In this document: positions 47,744 through 57,899 of the stretch, piece after piece | Position numbering within the stretch: the stretch's first letter is position 1 | Layout: the number at the start of each line of letters is the position of its first letter | Notes under the pieces: generated by a model | What the model was told of the DNA's origin: nothing | Seen by the model: the letters and a program-made list of their open reading frames with translations, nothing else | Database searches by the model: none | Program-made: the position numbers and the translations under genes | Virus record (IMG/VR): IMGVR_UViG_3300017917_002937 | Span: 21,172-85,171 of that record | Length of the DNA stretch: 64,000 nucleotides | Direction: 5' to 3' (one strand) | Source of the DNA: a virus

Positions 47744-48726
47744 TTGCTATTGAAGCTCCTCAACCATATCTTGCTGTAACATGGCAAGTTAATAATTTTT
47801 GTAATTATAAATGTAGTTATTGCAATCCTGGTAACTGGGGAGGAACCGCACGTAATGAAGGAAATTTAGAAAAATATATTGAAAATTTAGAAACAATTAT
47901 CAATAGATATAAACAAATTGGTTATAAAAACTTTAAATTTTTCTTTAGCGGTGGTGAACCAACAGCATGGTCAAACTTTATTCCTATTTGCGAATGGATT
48001 TATAATACATTACCTAGAGCAACACTTGCAGTTAATACAAATTTAAGTAGACCTCTTGCATGGTGGCAAAAACATTATTATCTTTTTGATGATGTAGTAG
48101 CAAGTTTTCACATAGAATTTGCAGATAAAAAACGATACGAAGAAAACAGTATATTCTTATGCGATAAAGTAAATTACTTAAGTACAAAAATGTTGATGCA
48201 TGAAGAACGTTTTTGGGAAATAGTAGAATATGGCAATTATTTAAAAACTGTTATGCCAAATTATTTTTTAGAATGGACTCCATTATTTGATGAAATGAGT
48301 GCCACAACTGGACCATGGCATTATAAAGATTCTAATAAAGAACAGTGGTTACGAGAACACACCACAGAAATACAACAGATGAAACGAAAGCCAATGAAAC
48401 GAACCACTATGACTGTAAGTTATAACAAATATGATGATAATTCGTCTGAAGTTTGTAATAGCAACGAGGTTATAGTTGCGGGGAATAACTTTTTTAGTGG
48501 ATGGAATTGTAACGTAGGTGACTGTATTTTTATAAATCCAGTGGGTGAAATGAGTTTAGCAAGTTGCGGAATGGGTGGTTATGTTGGACACATATTAGAT
48601 GATATTAAAAGAGTTGGCCCTAAACAAATAATTTGTGAGAAGGAACATTGTCATTGTGGTACTGATATAATCATACCGAAATTTAATTCAGAGTTTATAA
48701 ATGAAACCTATCAAAATAGTATATAA
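47728..48726 (+). CDS. Radical SAM protein with a C-terminal Cys cluster
   Basis: CNYKCSYC, SGGEP; C-terminal CNVG...SCG...CEKEHCHC; TTG start with GAGG RBS. Confidence 0.85.
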   Translation: MGKKLIAIEAPQPYLAVTWQVNNFCNYKCSYCNPGNWGGTARNEGNLEKYIENLETIINRYKQIGYKNFKFFFSGGEPTAWSNFIPICEWIYNTLPRATLAVNTNLSRPLAWWQKHYYLFDDVVASFHIEFADKKRYEENSIFLCDKVNYLSTKMLMHEERFWEIVEYGNYLKTVMPNYFLEWTPLFDEMSATTGPWHYKDSNKEQWLREHTTEIQQMKRKPMKRTTMTVSYNKYDDNSSEVCNSNEVIVAGNNFFSGWNCNVGDCIFINPVGEMSLASCGMGGYVGHILDDIKRVGPKQIICEKEHCHCGTDIIIPKFNSEFINETYQNSI

Positions 48727-50020
48727 CTGGATTGGACCTAGAGGCCCATTATGGAATACCGAATTACCAAATGTTTTAAGTTTTGCATCATCGGCACCTA
48801 ACACTATTGTTAACAGTCATTTTTGGTTTGCTGACGATGCTTGGTATAGAGTGTTTAATCCATTAGGTAAGAAATTTGAATTAGCCTCTGTGTTTGGCAT
48901 AACACCAGAAGATACCTTTATATACCCATTATCTATTAATTGGCGAACACAATTTCAAAATTATTTTTATATACCAGACGGAATATTAGAGTTTTCTCAT
49001 ACTCAACAAAATATTATTCATGCTGTAAGATCAGGACAAGGGTATATTTATTTAGATATGAACGCAGAAGCTTGGGTAGAAGATGAACATTTACATTGCT
49101 TGCACGAATATTTTTCAGACTACCATAGAATACCGTTGTTTAAAATATTTTATATAACAGGTTGTATGAATGCATCTAAATTATATAAAAGTTTTTTATT
49201 ACGAAATAAATTTTCAACAGATCCTAGAGATATGATACAAATTATAGGATATCCAGGTTGTCAAAGTGTGTATGCCGATGAAATTAAAAAATGGACTATT
49301 CAAATACCAACATATGATATAAATTTTGTACCTGAAAAATTATTTTTAGTTTGGAATAGACGGTTTAAACCCCATAGAATAGGATTGAGTTTGGCACTTT
49401 CAAAATTAGGATTATTGGACCGATCATATTTAAGTATGTCTTATGTGCATCCTGAAATACCTAGAGAAACTATATTTAATCATTTAGATATTCATGCTTA
49501 TCCACAATTAGAAATTACTAACGAGGATGTTCAAACCTTTGTTAAAAAACTACCATTAGTTTTAGATGGAGAAACAAATACTGCAAAAATGTGTGCTGAT
49601 TTTGATTTAAAAACTAGAAAATTTTATAAAAACAGTTTAATTAGTATAGTAACAGAAACAAATTTTGAACAAAGAGCAATGTCATTTACAGAAAAATCAC
49701 TTAAACCTATGAAAGAAAAACATCCATTTATTATAGTGGGAGTCAATGGTATTTTACAAGTTTTACGTGATTTAGGATTCAAAACCTTTAGTGATTATTG
49801 GGATGAATCATATGATGAAATTGAAAACCCAAAAGCACGTATGTTTGAAATAATTAAAATTTGTAACGAAATTGGAAAATGGGATACGAATAAAATTTTA
49901 GAATTTAGAAAATCAGTAAAACCAATATTGGAACATAATTTTGAATTAATTAAACAAGATTTAGGTTTGCTTGTAACTGAAAACATTTATAATAATATAA
50001 GAGGTATGTATCCTGAATGA
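48701..50020 (+). CDS. Putative glycosyltransferase-like protein (GT-B-like C-terminal domain)
   Basis: NRR...HR, ISIVTET...TEKSLKP...PFIIVG...GFKTFSDYWDESYD; domain shared with 59462..61303. The TEK motif recalls GT10-type enzymes (inference). Confidence 0.45.
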   Translation: MKPIKIVYNWIGPRGPLWNTELPNVLSFASSAPNTIVNSHFWFADDAWYRVFNPLGKKFELASVFGITPEDTFIYPLSINWRTQFQNYFYIPDGILEFSHTQQNIIHAVRSGQGYIYLDMNAEAWVEDEHLHCLHEYFSDYHRIPLFKIFYITGCMNASKLYKSFLLRNKFSTDPRDMIQIIGYPGCQSVYADEIKKWTIQIPTYDINFVPEKLFLVWNRRFKPHRIGLSLALSKLGLLDRSYLSMSYVHPEIPRETIFNHLDIHAYPQLEITNEDVQTFVKKLPLVLDGETNTAKMCADFDLKTRKFYKNSLISIVTETNFEQRAMSFTEKSLKPMKEKHPFIIVGVNGILQVLRDLGFKTFSDYWDESYDEIENPKARMFEIIKICNEIGKWDTNKILEFRKSVKPILEHNFELIKQDLGLLVTENIYNNIRGMYPE

Positions 50021-50991
50021 AAAAAATATTGGTATGTGGCGCCGGCGGTTTTATAGGAAATCATTTAGTAAATTTTTTAAAACTTGATAAAAATAATTAT
50101 GTTATTGGTGTTGATTTAAAACTTCCAAAATATAATATTTCACAAGCTGATGAATTCTATATAATTGATTTACGTAATCAACAACAAATACATAAATTAT
50201 ATGAATATCGTTTTCATGAAATTTATCAATTAGCAGCAGATATGGGTGGCGCAGGGTATGTTTTTACAGGAACTAATGACGCAAACATTATGCATAATTC
50301 TATGCAAATTAATTTAAACATATTAAAGCTTATGGTAGATAAAAAGATACCAAAAGTTTTTTATAGTAGTAGTGCTTGCATGTATCCTGAAATAAATCAA
50401 GTTGACCCCGACAATCCAAACTGTGTTGAAAATAGTGCTTACCCCGCACAACCTGATAGTGAATATGGTTGGGAAAAATTGTTTAGTGAAAGATTATATT
50501 TAAATTTTGCAAAGAATTATAAATTAGATGTTAGAATTGCTAGATTTCATAACATATTTGGACCTAAAGGAAGTTGGAACAATGGCAAAGAAAAAGCTCC
50601 TGCTGCCTTATGTAGAAAAGTAATACAAAGTAATGGTATTGTAGAAGTATGGGGCACAGGAGAGCAAACTAGAAGTTTTTTATTTATTGATGAATGTATA
50701 GAAGGTATATATAAAATAATGCAATCGTCCTATACTAAACCAATTAATTTGGGTAGCACAAGAAAAATTTCAATTAATGAATTAGTTAAATTAATTGCAA
50801 AAATTAATAATAAATCTATTACACTAAAGCATATTGAAGGTCCAATTGGAGTAATGGGACGAGTAAGTGATAATAATTTAATACAAGAGGTAACTGGTTG
50901 GGTTCCTAAAGAAAACCTTGAATATGGATTACAACAAACTTATAATTGGATATTAGAACAAATAAATCATAATCAAAGTGATCATGAATAA
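50017..50991 (+). CDS. NAD-dependent nucleotide-sugar epimerase, GDP-mannose 3,5-epimerase-like
   Basis: GAGGFIG, QLAADMGG, SSSACMYP, EYGWEK (YxxxK), RFHNIFGP, EKAPAALCRK. Confidence 0.88.
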   Translation: MKKILVCGAGGFIGNHLVNFLKLDKNNYVIGVDLKLPKYNISQADEFYIIDLRNQQQIHKLYEYRFHEIYQLAADMGGAGYVFTGTNDANIMHNSMQINLNILKLMVDKKIPKVFYSSSACMYPEINQVDPDNPNCVENSAYPAQPDSEYGWEKLFSERLYLNFAKNYKLDVRIARFHNIFGPKGSWNNGKEKAPAALCRKVIQSNGIVEVWGTGEQTRSFLFIDECIEGIYKIMQSSYTKPINLGSTRKISINELVKLIAKINNKSITLKHIEGPIGVMGRVSDNNLIQEVTGWVPKENLEYGLQQTYNWILEQINHNQSDHE

Positions 50992-51868
50992 AATGAAGAA
51001 ATATATTATAGGATTGGGATGTAGTTGGACGCAAGGTGAAGGTGGATACCCTGAACAAGTATGGAAAGAACATAATGGAAGGGTTCAAGTTAGAGGTCGC
51101 AGTGATTATTACCTTAGAAAAATAGAGCATGAAAATAGTTGGGTAAATGTTTTATGTAGGGATCATTTTAATGATTACACTCCAATGAATTTAGGAGTAC
51201 GAGGTATTGGTAATATTGCAGCAGTCAACCAACTTTATTTTTGTGATAAAATTAATTGGCAAGAAAGTACAGGTATTATTATTTTAATGCTTAGTGGATT
51301 TGAAAGATTAGATACATTTCAACAATATCCATACACAGACGACCATGAAGATGATTTTTATTCAAATAATGAATATAGACACTACAAATATAGAACAGCA
51401 TGGCCTATTCCTAGCGAAAAAGATGGTGATAAGTTTTGGGATTGCTATAGTAGAGAATTATGGTCAGAACAGTTTGTTTGTAGTAATCAGATAATCTCCT
51501 TATTAAATTTGCAAACTTTTGCAAAAGCAAATAATTATAAAGTTGTATTAGCCAATGCATTTAATCAAAGACGTGAAGGTATTTATAATTACTTTAAAAG
51601 CAATACAGGATCTTTGGTAGATAAATTTGACTGGTCAACATATGTACATAATAGTACAGATTATACTTGTTTTGTAGAAAAACTTGTACATATGGATGGT
51701 TTGATGCCACCTGATCATTGGGGAGGCTTTCATCAATTTTACCATAAAAGAGATTGGCCAGCTAAATATCTTACAAACTGTGAAGGGGCGCATCCTACTT
51801 TAGAAGGTTACAAAGTTATAGCTGCCGAACTAGCAAGATTTATGAAAGCAAAGGAGTATGTCAATTAG
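50978..51868 (+). CDS. SGNH/GDSL-like protein (acyltransferase or esterase)
   Basis: GCSWTQG, NLGVRGIGN and AHPTLEGY blocks. Confidence 0.65.
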   Translation: MIMNKMKKYIIGLGCSWTQGEGGYPEQVWKEHNGRVQVRGRSDYYLRKIEHENSWVNVLCRDHFNDYTPMNLGVRGIGNIAAVNQLYFCDKINWQESTGIIILMLSGFERLDTFQQYPYTDDHEDDFYSNNEYRHYKYRTAWPIPSEKDGDKFWDCYSRELWSEQFVCSNQIISLLNLQTFAKANNYKVVLANAFNQRREGIYNYFKSNTGSLVDKFDWSTYVHNSTDYTCFVEKLVHMDGLMPPDHWGGFHQFYHKRDWPAKYLTNCEGAHPTLEGYKVIAAELARFMKAKEYVN

Positions 51869-53792
51869 AAAAAAAGTAATAAGCTTTGTAAGTCCGAATT
51901 TTCAACAAGGACCAAAAGAATTTAATGCTTATTACTTACCATACTCTCCTGGAATACTTTGGAGCTATGTAAACCAATTTCATGAAATAAACTCACATTA
52001 TAAACTTGGGGAATTTATTTGGCGTCGTGAATTAATAGACGATGCTGTAGAAATACTTAAGTACAGTGATATAGTTGGTTTTAGTATGTATATTTGGAAT
52101 CGAAGTTATTGTCAAGTACTAGGTAAAGCATTACGTCAAGCTAACCCAAATATATTTTTAATAGGTGGCGGTCCTGAATTTCCAATTGAAAAAGAAGATT
52201 TATTTGTTCGTTATGATTTTTGTGATATTGTTGTAAAGCTGGAAGGGGAAAAAAGTTTTAAACGTGTATTAGAAGAATTTATAAAACCAAATCCAAACTA
52301 TAAATCTATTACAGGGTTACTTATTAATGAAAATAATATACCATTTAATACTGGTGATAGTGTAAGAATAGATGATTTAGATACTATTCCTAGTCCGTAC
52401 CTTACAGGGGTTTTTGATGATCTTATACAAAAACATCCTGAAGTTAGATGGAATGTAACTTTAGAAACGAATAGAGGTTGTCCTTATGCATGTACGTTTT
52501 GTGATTGGGGATCTTTAACTTATAATAAAGTTAAAATCTTTAATTTAGAACGTGTATTTGAAGAACTTGAATGGACAGGAAAAAGCGGACTAGATTTTAT
52601 AAGTTTTACTGATGCAAATTTTGGAATATTTGCAGAGCGTGATACTTTAATTGCAGATAAATTAATTGAAGTTCAAAAGAAATATAATAACCCCAAAGCT
52701 TATACCATAGCTTGGGCAAAAAATCAAAAACGTGAGGTTGTTGATATTGTTCGTAAACTTATATACGAAGGTGGTGCCAAGATTGGATTAAATTTATCAG
52801 TTCAAACAATGGATGAAAATACACTTGATATTATAAAACGTAAAAATTTAGACACTAATAAGATTGAAGAAGTATTTATAATGTGTGAAGAACACAATAT
52901 TCCATTATATACTGAGTTAATTTTAGGTCTTCCTGGCGAAACTCTAGAGTCTTGGAAACAAAATTTTTATAGATTATACAAAGCAGGAAATCATACTGGT
53001 ATAACTATATATCAAGCACAACTATTAGAGAATGCCGAAATGAATCTTTCACAGAAAAAGATTTATAAGTTAGAAGGTAGGGTAGTTTATGATTATTTAG
53101 TTGGGACATATAATGAACATGAACTTAAAGAGGGAATAGAAGTTGTTGTTTCTACACGAGATTTACCAAGACCAAAAATGCTAGAAGCACAATTATTTGG
53201 TTGGTTCCAAAACACTTTCCATATTAATGGTATTACCAATTATATAGCAAGAATTCTTTACAATAAGTACAATGTTGATTATGTAAATTTTTATGAAAAG
53301 TTATATGAGTTTGTAAAATCAGACCAATGGTTTAACAATGAAATACAAAGAATTACTGAACATTATGATAATTGGGCTAAGTATGGTAGAATTGAACATG
53401 ATCCAATACAAGGAATGGAAATACACGGTTGGAATTTAGTGCATAGCACAGTAATCAATATACATAGTGAAGATAAACATACACATATTTTTAACCTTGT
53501 TGAACAATTTGTGCAAAAAAATTATAATTTAGAAAATAACCTATTTAAGGACTTAATGATTTTTCAAAAAAACTTTTTAATAAACTATAATGATATTAAA
53601 AATTATGATAAATTTTTATCATTTGATAATGATATCATTGGTTATTTGCAAGGTCAGAACCAATTAGAAAATAAAGTTACATATAAATTTGAATTTCCTG
53701 AAGATAAAACTATGAGTTTAGAAAGATTCTGTGAACAGATATTTTTTGCTAGGAGAAGAAATTTTGGTAAGGCTTGGGTGACTAAATTATGA
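51858..53792 (+). CDS. Cobalamin-binding (class B type) radical SAM protein
   Basis: LPYSPG, IGGGP, EGE, IPSPYLTG, ETNRGCPYACTFCDW, ILGLPGET; paralog of 43430..45247. Confidence 0.88.
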   Translation: MSIRKKVISFVSPNFQQGPKEFNAYYLPYSPGILWSYVNQFHEINSHYKLGEFIWRRELIDDAVEILKYSDIVGFSMYIWNRSYCQVLGKALRQANPNIFLIGGGPEFPIEKEDLFVRYDFCDIVVKLEGEKSFKRVLEEFIKPNPNYKSITGLLINENNIPFNTGDSVRIDDLDTIPSPYLTGVFDDLIQKHPEVRWNVTLETNRGCPYACTFCDWGSLTYNKVKIFNLERVFEELEWTGKSGLDFISFTDANFGIFAERDTLIADKLIEVQKKYNNPKAYTIAWAKNQKREVVDIVRKLIYEGGAKIGLNLSVQTMDENTLDIIKRKNLDTNKIEEVFIMCEEHNIPLYTELILGLPGETLESWKQNFYRLYKAGNHTGITIYQAQLLENAEMNLSQKKIYKLEGRVVYDYLVGTYNEHELKEGIEVVVSTRDLPRPKMLEAQLFGWFQNTFHINGITNYIARILYNKYNVDYVNFYEKLYEFVKSDQWFNNEIQRITEHYDNWAKYGRIEHDPIQGMEIHGWNLVHSTVINIHSEDKHTHIFNLVEQFVQKNYNLENNLFKDLMIFQKNFLINYNDIKNYDKFLSFDNDIIGYLQGQNQLENKVTYKFEFPEDKTMSLERFCEQIFFARRRNFGKAWVTKL

Positions 53793-54457
53793 AATTAATT
53801 ACAAATGGTTGTAGTTTTACATGGGGAGGAGGATTTCATGATTATCCTGATTATCTCCGTGAAACAATGGTATGGCCTCATCATTTGGGTTCGTTATTAC
53901 AAGCAAAACAAATTGTGAATTTATCAGCAGGTTGTGGAAGTAATCAAAGAATATTTAGAACAACACTTAATTATATTTTATCTACACCTAAAAAAGATTT
54001 AGAAAATGCAATCGCAGTTATACAATTTACTGATAGCAGTCGTTATGAATTTTATTTACCAAGCAGTGTTGACAGATTTGAAAATATTGAAGAAAATTGG
54101 GCTAAAGCAAAGGTAGATGTTTTACTAATTCCTGTACATAAAAGGGATGATGAACTATATAGGTTGACTCAAGAACGAATAAGTATGCACACACCAATTG
54201 AAGGTTTATATCAAACAATAAGTATTGCTTTAAGTTTGCAATATATTTTTAACTTGTATAATATTAAACATTATTTTTGGACTATAGATTTAAAAGATTA
54301 TCCTAATAATTTAAATAACATTATTGATGAAATTAATTTTATAGACTATCATGACTGTATGGAATATGAAAGAATTAGTTTAGAAGATCCTCATCCTAGC
54401 ATCGTAGGCCATAAACAAATAGCAAATTATGTTTTTAAAGCTATAAAAAAATTATGA
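53789..54457 (+). CDS. SGNH/GDSL-like protein
   Basis: NGCSFTWG, NLSAGCGSN and DPHPSIVGH. Confidence 0.7.
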   Translation: MKLITNGCSFTWGGGFHDYPDYLRETMVWPHHLGSLLQAKQIVNLSAGCGSNQRIFRTTLNYILSTPKKDLENAIAVIQFTDSSRYEFYLPSSVDRFENIEENWAKAKVDVLLIPVHKRDDELYRLTQERISMHTPIEGLYQTISIALSLQYIFNLYNIKHYFWTIDLKDYPNNLNNIIDEINFIDYHDCMEYERISLEDPHPSIVGHKQIANYVFKAIKKL

Positions 54458-55635
54458 TTAAAAAGGTATCAATGATTGGTTGTGGTAAACTTGGTAAAGA
54501 ATGTGGAGAAGTTATGGCTCAATATTATAATGTTGTAGGTTATGATATTGATCAACAAATTGTACCTTCAAATTTTTTAATGGTAAATAACGTAAAAGAT
54601 GCAGTAGTTGATGCTGACTTTATTTTCATAGCTGTACCCACACCACATGATCAACAATATGGTGGAGAAAAACCCTCACATCAATTAGAGCCAAAAGATT
54701 TTGATTATAAAATATTACAAAATACAGTCAATGAAGTTATAAAATATATTAACGATCAACAAATTTTAGTAATAATTAGTACAGTTTTACCTGGCACAAT
54801 TAGAAATTTGTTTTCAGATATAATTGAAAAGTATCAATTAATATATAATCCGTATTTAATTGCCATGGGTACTGTAAAATATGATATGAGAAATCCTGAA
54901 ATGGTGATCATAGGTTCCAATCAACATTCAAAGATAGCAGTTGAAAAATTAGTTGATTTTTATAAATTAATTATACAAAATAACTGTAGGTATGAAATAG
55001 GCACGTTTGATGAAGCAGAATGTATAAAAATATTTTATAATACCTTCATATCAACTAAAATTGCACTTGTTAATATGATACAAGATGTTGCTCAAGTTAA
55101 TGGAAATATAAACGTAGATATTGTTACAAAAGCATTGGCAAATAGTACACAGCGAATTATGAGTCCAGCTTATATGACAGCAGGTATGGGTGATGGTGGT
55201 GCTTGTCATCCCAGAGATAATATTGCTTTAAGATATCTTGCAAAAAATTATAATTTAGGGTATGACTTGTTTCAATCAATTGTTGAAGCAAGAGATATGC
55301 AAGCAAAGAACCTAGCAAAATTTTGTTTGAATTATGGACATAGTGTTACGATTATCGGCAAAGCATATAAAAAAGGAACAAATTTGACTAACGGTAGTTA
55401 TAGTCTTTTAGTTGGTGACTATATAAAACAATTAGGTGCGACTGTAAGCTATTATGATCCAAACACAAACGATACAGAATTTATACACAATAATGTGATG
55501 TTAATAGCTTATTGGGACACGTTTGTTGAACATATTAAATTTCCGAATAATGTTACTATAATTGATCCATGGAGAAAATTAAATTTTAGTGATAGTTATA
55601 GAGTGATACATTATGGTAATAAAAGGAATATTTAA
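54454..55635 (+). CDS. UDP-glucose/GDP-mannose 6-dehydrogenase family protein
   Basis: GCGKLG, FIAVPTP, STVLPGT, YNP, AECIK..YN and GGACHPRD (catalytic Cys). Confidence 0.9.
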   Translation: MIKKVSMIGCGKLGKECGEVMAQYYNVVGYDIDQQIVPSNFLMVNNVKDAVVDADFIFIAVPTPHDQQYGGEKPSHQLEPKDFDYKILQNTVNEVIKYINDQQILVIISTVLPGTIRNLFSDIIEKYQLIYNPYLIAMGTVKYDMRNPEMVIIGSNQHSKIAVEKLVDFYKLIIQNNCRYEIGTFDEAECIKIFYNTFISTKIALVNMIQDVAQVNGNINVDIVTKALANSTQRIMSPAYMTAGMGDGGACHPRDNIALRYLAKNYNLGYDLFQSIVEARDMQAKNLAKFCLNYGHSVTIIGKAYKKGTNLTNGSYSLLVGDYIKQLGATVSYYDPNTNDTEFIHNNVMLIAYWDTFVEHIKFPNNVTIIDPWRKLNFSDSYRVIHYGNKRNI

Positions 55636-57899
55636 TGGATTTTACATTAAGAAACTTAGCCAAAAAAGCATTAACAATAGAAGAAAGACCAACAGAAGAT
55701 GTTTCAGACTTACGTCATAGAGTAATGATGGATGCAATTGCTAAGTATGCTAAACCTACTGAGCAAAAAAATCTCACCCCTGTTTATGTTAATTATAAAA
55801 CAAGAAAAACTAAATTAGTGCTAGTGCTTTGTCCCGAATGGAGCCCTTATATGCCGCCCTTTAGTTTAGCGAGACTAAGTGGTGTTGCTAAAAGTGCAGG
55901 ATATGAAACTAACATCATGGATTTAAATGTAAAAGCATATAATGCTTATCGTGATGATTGGCGACCAAATAAAAAAATTCCATTTAGGCTATGGGATCCT
56001 AGTGCAAGTTGGCATTGGTTGGGAGATACTTACATGAATGATATTCATCCATTGTTAGTAACTATTTTAGAACCTGCTGTCAATGATATAATTAATATGA
56101 ACCCAGATGTAGTTGGTTTCAGCGTGTATTACATTAGCGAGGAACCTACAAAATGGATGTGCCAAGAAATTAAACGTAGGGCTCCTCATATTAAAATTGC
56201 AGTAGGTGGACCAAACGTACATAAAAATTGGTTTACTATAGAACCATATTATGATTACGTTGTTGTAGGAGAGGGAGAACAAAATTTACTAGTCATGCTG
56301 GATGAAATCGAAGATGGTTTAACAGTTGAATATCCAAGAGTTTTAACACAACCTGAAGAACAACGTATTAACATTAATGGTTTACCTATGCCAGATTATG
56401 AAAGTATTGACTTTAGTTTATATGAATTACCAAACGGTGTTAATACTGAAATAAGCAGAGGTTGTACAGCTAAATGTACCTTTTGTGAAGAAACTCATTT
56501 TTGGAGATATCGTCAACGTCAAGCAGTTGATTTAATTACTGAATTAGAATGGCTTTACTATAATAAAGGTACAGATGTAGTTTGGTTTATTGATAGTTTA
56601 ATTAATGGTAATGTTAAGGAACTAAGAGCATTCGCATTAGCACTAAAGGCTAAAGATTTAAAGATACGTTGGACAGGGTATGCACGTTGTGATGGCCGTA
56701 TGGATCTTGAATACTTACAGGATTTAGCAGACGGTGGATGTTTAATGTTTAATTTTGGATGTGAGTCAGGTAGTCAAAAAGTTTTAGACGATATGGCTAA
56801 AGGTGTTACAATTAAAGAAATGGAACAAAATTTTATTGATTGTAAAAAAGTAGGTATATGGTGCGCTACAAATTGGATAGTTGGTTTTCCAACAGAAGAT
56901 TTCCAAGATTTTGCTGATACTATGACATTTATGTGGCGTATGCGAAATAATAATATGAATAATGCAGGTCTTGGAGTTGGATATGGGTTAGGACCTGAAA
57001 CTATTGTAGGACAAAATCCGCATAAGTTTAATGTAAGCTGGCACAAATATCAAAATCACTGGATAACAAATGATTTCACTAAAGGTGGGACACATGTTAT
57101 GACTAGAGTAAAAACAATACACATTTTCTTCGATTGCATGAAAGGTTGTACAGATGTACCAATAAGTTATCCAGTAAGATACGCTTTGAAAATTGATCAT
57201 TATAAAATTAATTTTAATAATTCTAATATTATTAAAGAAATTGATTATGAAAAATTTGATTATAATATTATAAAACCAAATTTAAATCCATTTGCCGACA
57301 CACTTGTTAATGAAATGTGGCCATTTTTTAGAATGTTATATAAATGCAGGGGAGGATACGAAGCTGAAATACGTTTTAATCCTGAAATAGACTTAAAAGA
57401 ATTTGGTAGTCAATATGGCCCAGGTATGTATGATGCAGTTTACAAGTTTAAAATTTCTGATGAGGGTATTTGGGAAGCTGATTTTGATATTAAATTCAAT
57501 CAAGTTGATAATCCTTATGATAATAGAGAACGTCCACCACTTGGTAGAAAAGGTCCTTTTTATGCACAAGATTATAGTAGATGGCAAAGTAATACAGTAA
57601 AACGAGCTAGAAAACTAGCTAAACCTAGTTGGAGTGCAACTGAGGGCAGAAGTGGTCAAGATTTTCAAGATTTACTTGATGAAGAAGAAGTATTAAACAA
57701 GACTATAGATTTTAGTTTTGAACTTAGATATATAGGATATGGAGATTGGAGTGATACAAAGAAATATGCGATAGAAGTAAGTAATGTAAAACGTGAAGAA
57801 TTACCAGAAAAAGAAGCTATGTTTGTACCAAGTGAAATGTCAATCAATTTAAGTTCAATTACAAGAAAGAAGCCCGATGTTACAAGTACAATTGTTTGA
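55635..57899 (+). CDS. Cobalamin-binding (class B type) radical SAM protein
   Basis: PPFSLARL, VGFSVY, IAVGGP, VGEGE, SRGCTAKCTFC, GCESGS, IVGFPTE. Confidence 0.88.
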   Translation: MDFTLRNLAKKALTIEERPTEDVSDLRHRVMMDAIAKYAKPTEQKNLTPVYVNYKTRKTKLVLVLCPEWSPYMPPFSLARLSGVAKSAGYETNIMDLNVKAYNAYRDDWRPNKKIPFRLWDPSASWHWLGDTYMNDIHPLLVTILEPAVNDIINMNPDVVGFSVYYISEEPTKWMCQEIKRRAPHIKIAVGGPNVHKNWFTIEPYYDYVVVGEGEQNLLVMLDEIEDGLTVEYPRVLTQPEEQRININGLPMPDYESIDFSLYELPNGVNTEISRGCTAKCTFCEETHFWRYRQRQAVDLITELEWLYYNKGTDVVWFIDSLINGNVKELRAFALALKAKDLKIRWTGYARCDGRMDLEYLQDLADGGCLMFNFGCESGSQKVLDDMAKGVTIKEMEQNFIDCKKVGIWCATNWIVGFPTEDFQDFADTMTFMWRMRNNNMNNAGLGVGYGLGPETIVGQNPHKFNVSWHKYQNHWITNDFTKGGTHVMTRVKTIHIFFDCMKGCTDVPISYPVRYALKIDHYKINFNNSNIIKEIDYEKFDYNIIKPNLNPFADTLVNEMWPFFRMLYKCRGGYEAEIRFNPEIDLKEFGSQYGPGMYDAVYKFKISDEGIWEADFDIKFNQVDNPYDNRERPPLGRKGPFYAQDYSRWQSNTVKRARKLAKPSWSATEGRSGQDFQDLLDEEEVLNKTIDFSFELRYIGYGDWSDTKKYAIEVSNVKREELPEKEAMFVPSEMSINLSSITRKKPDVTSTIV

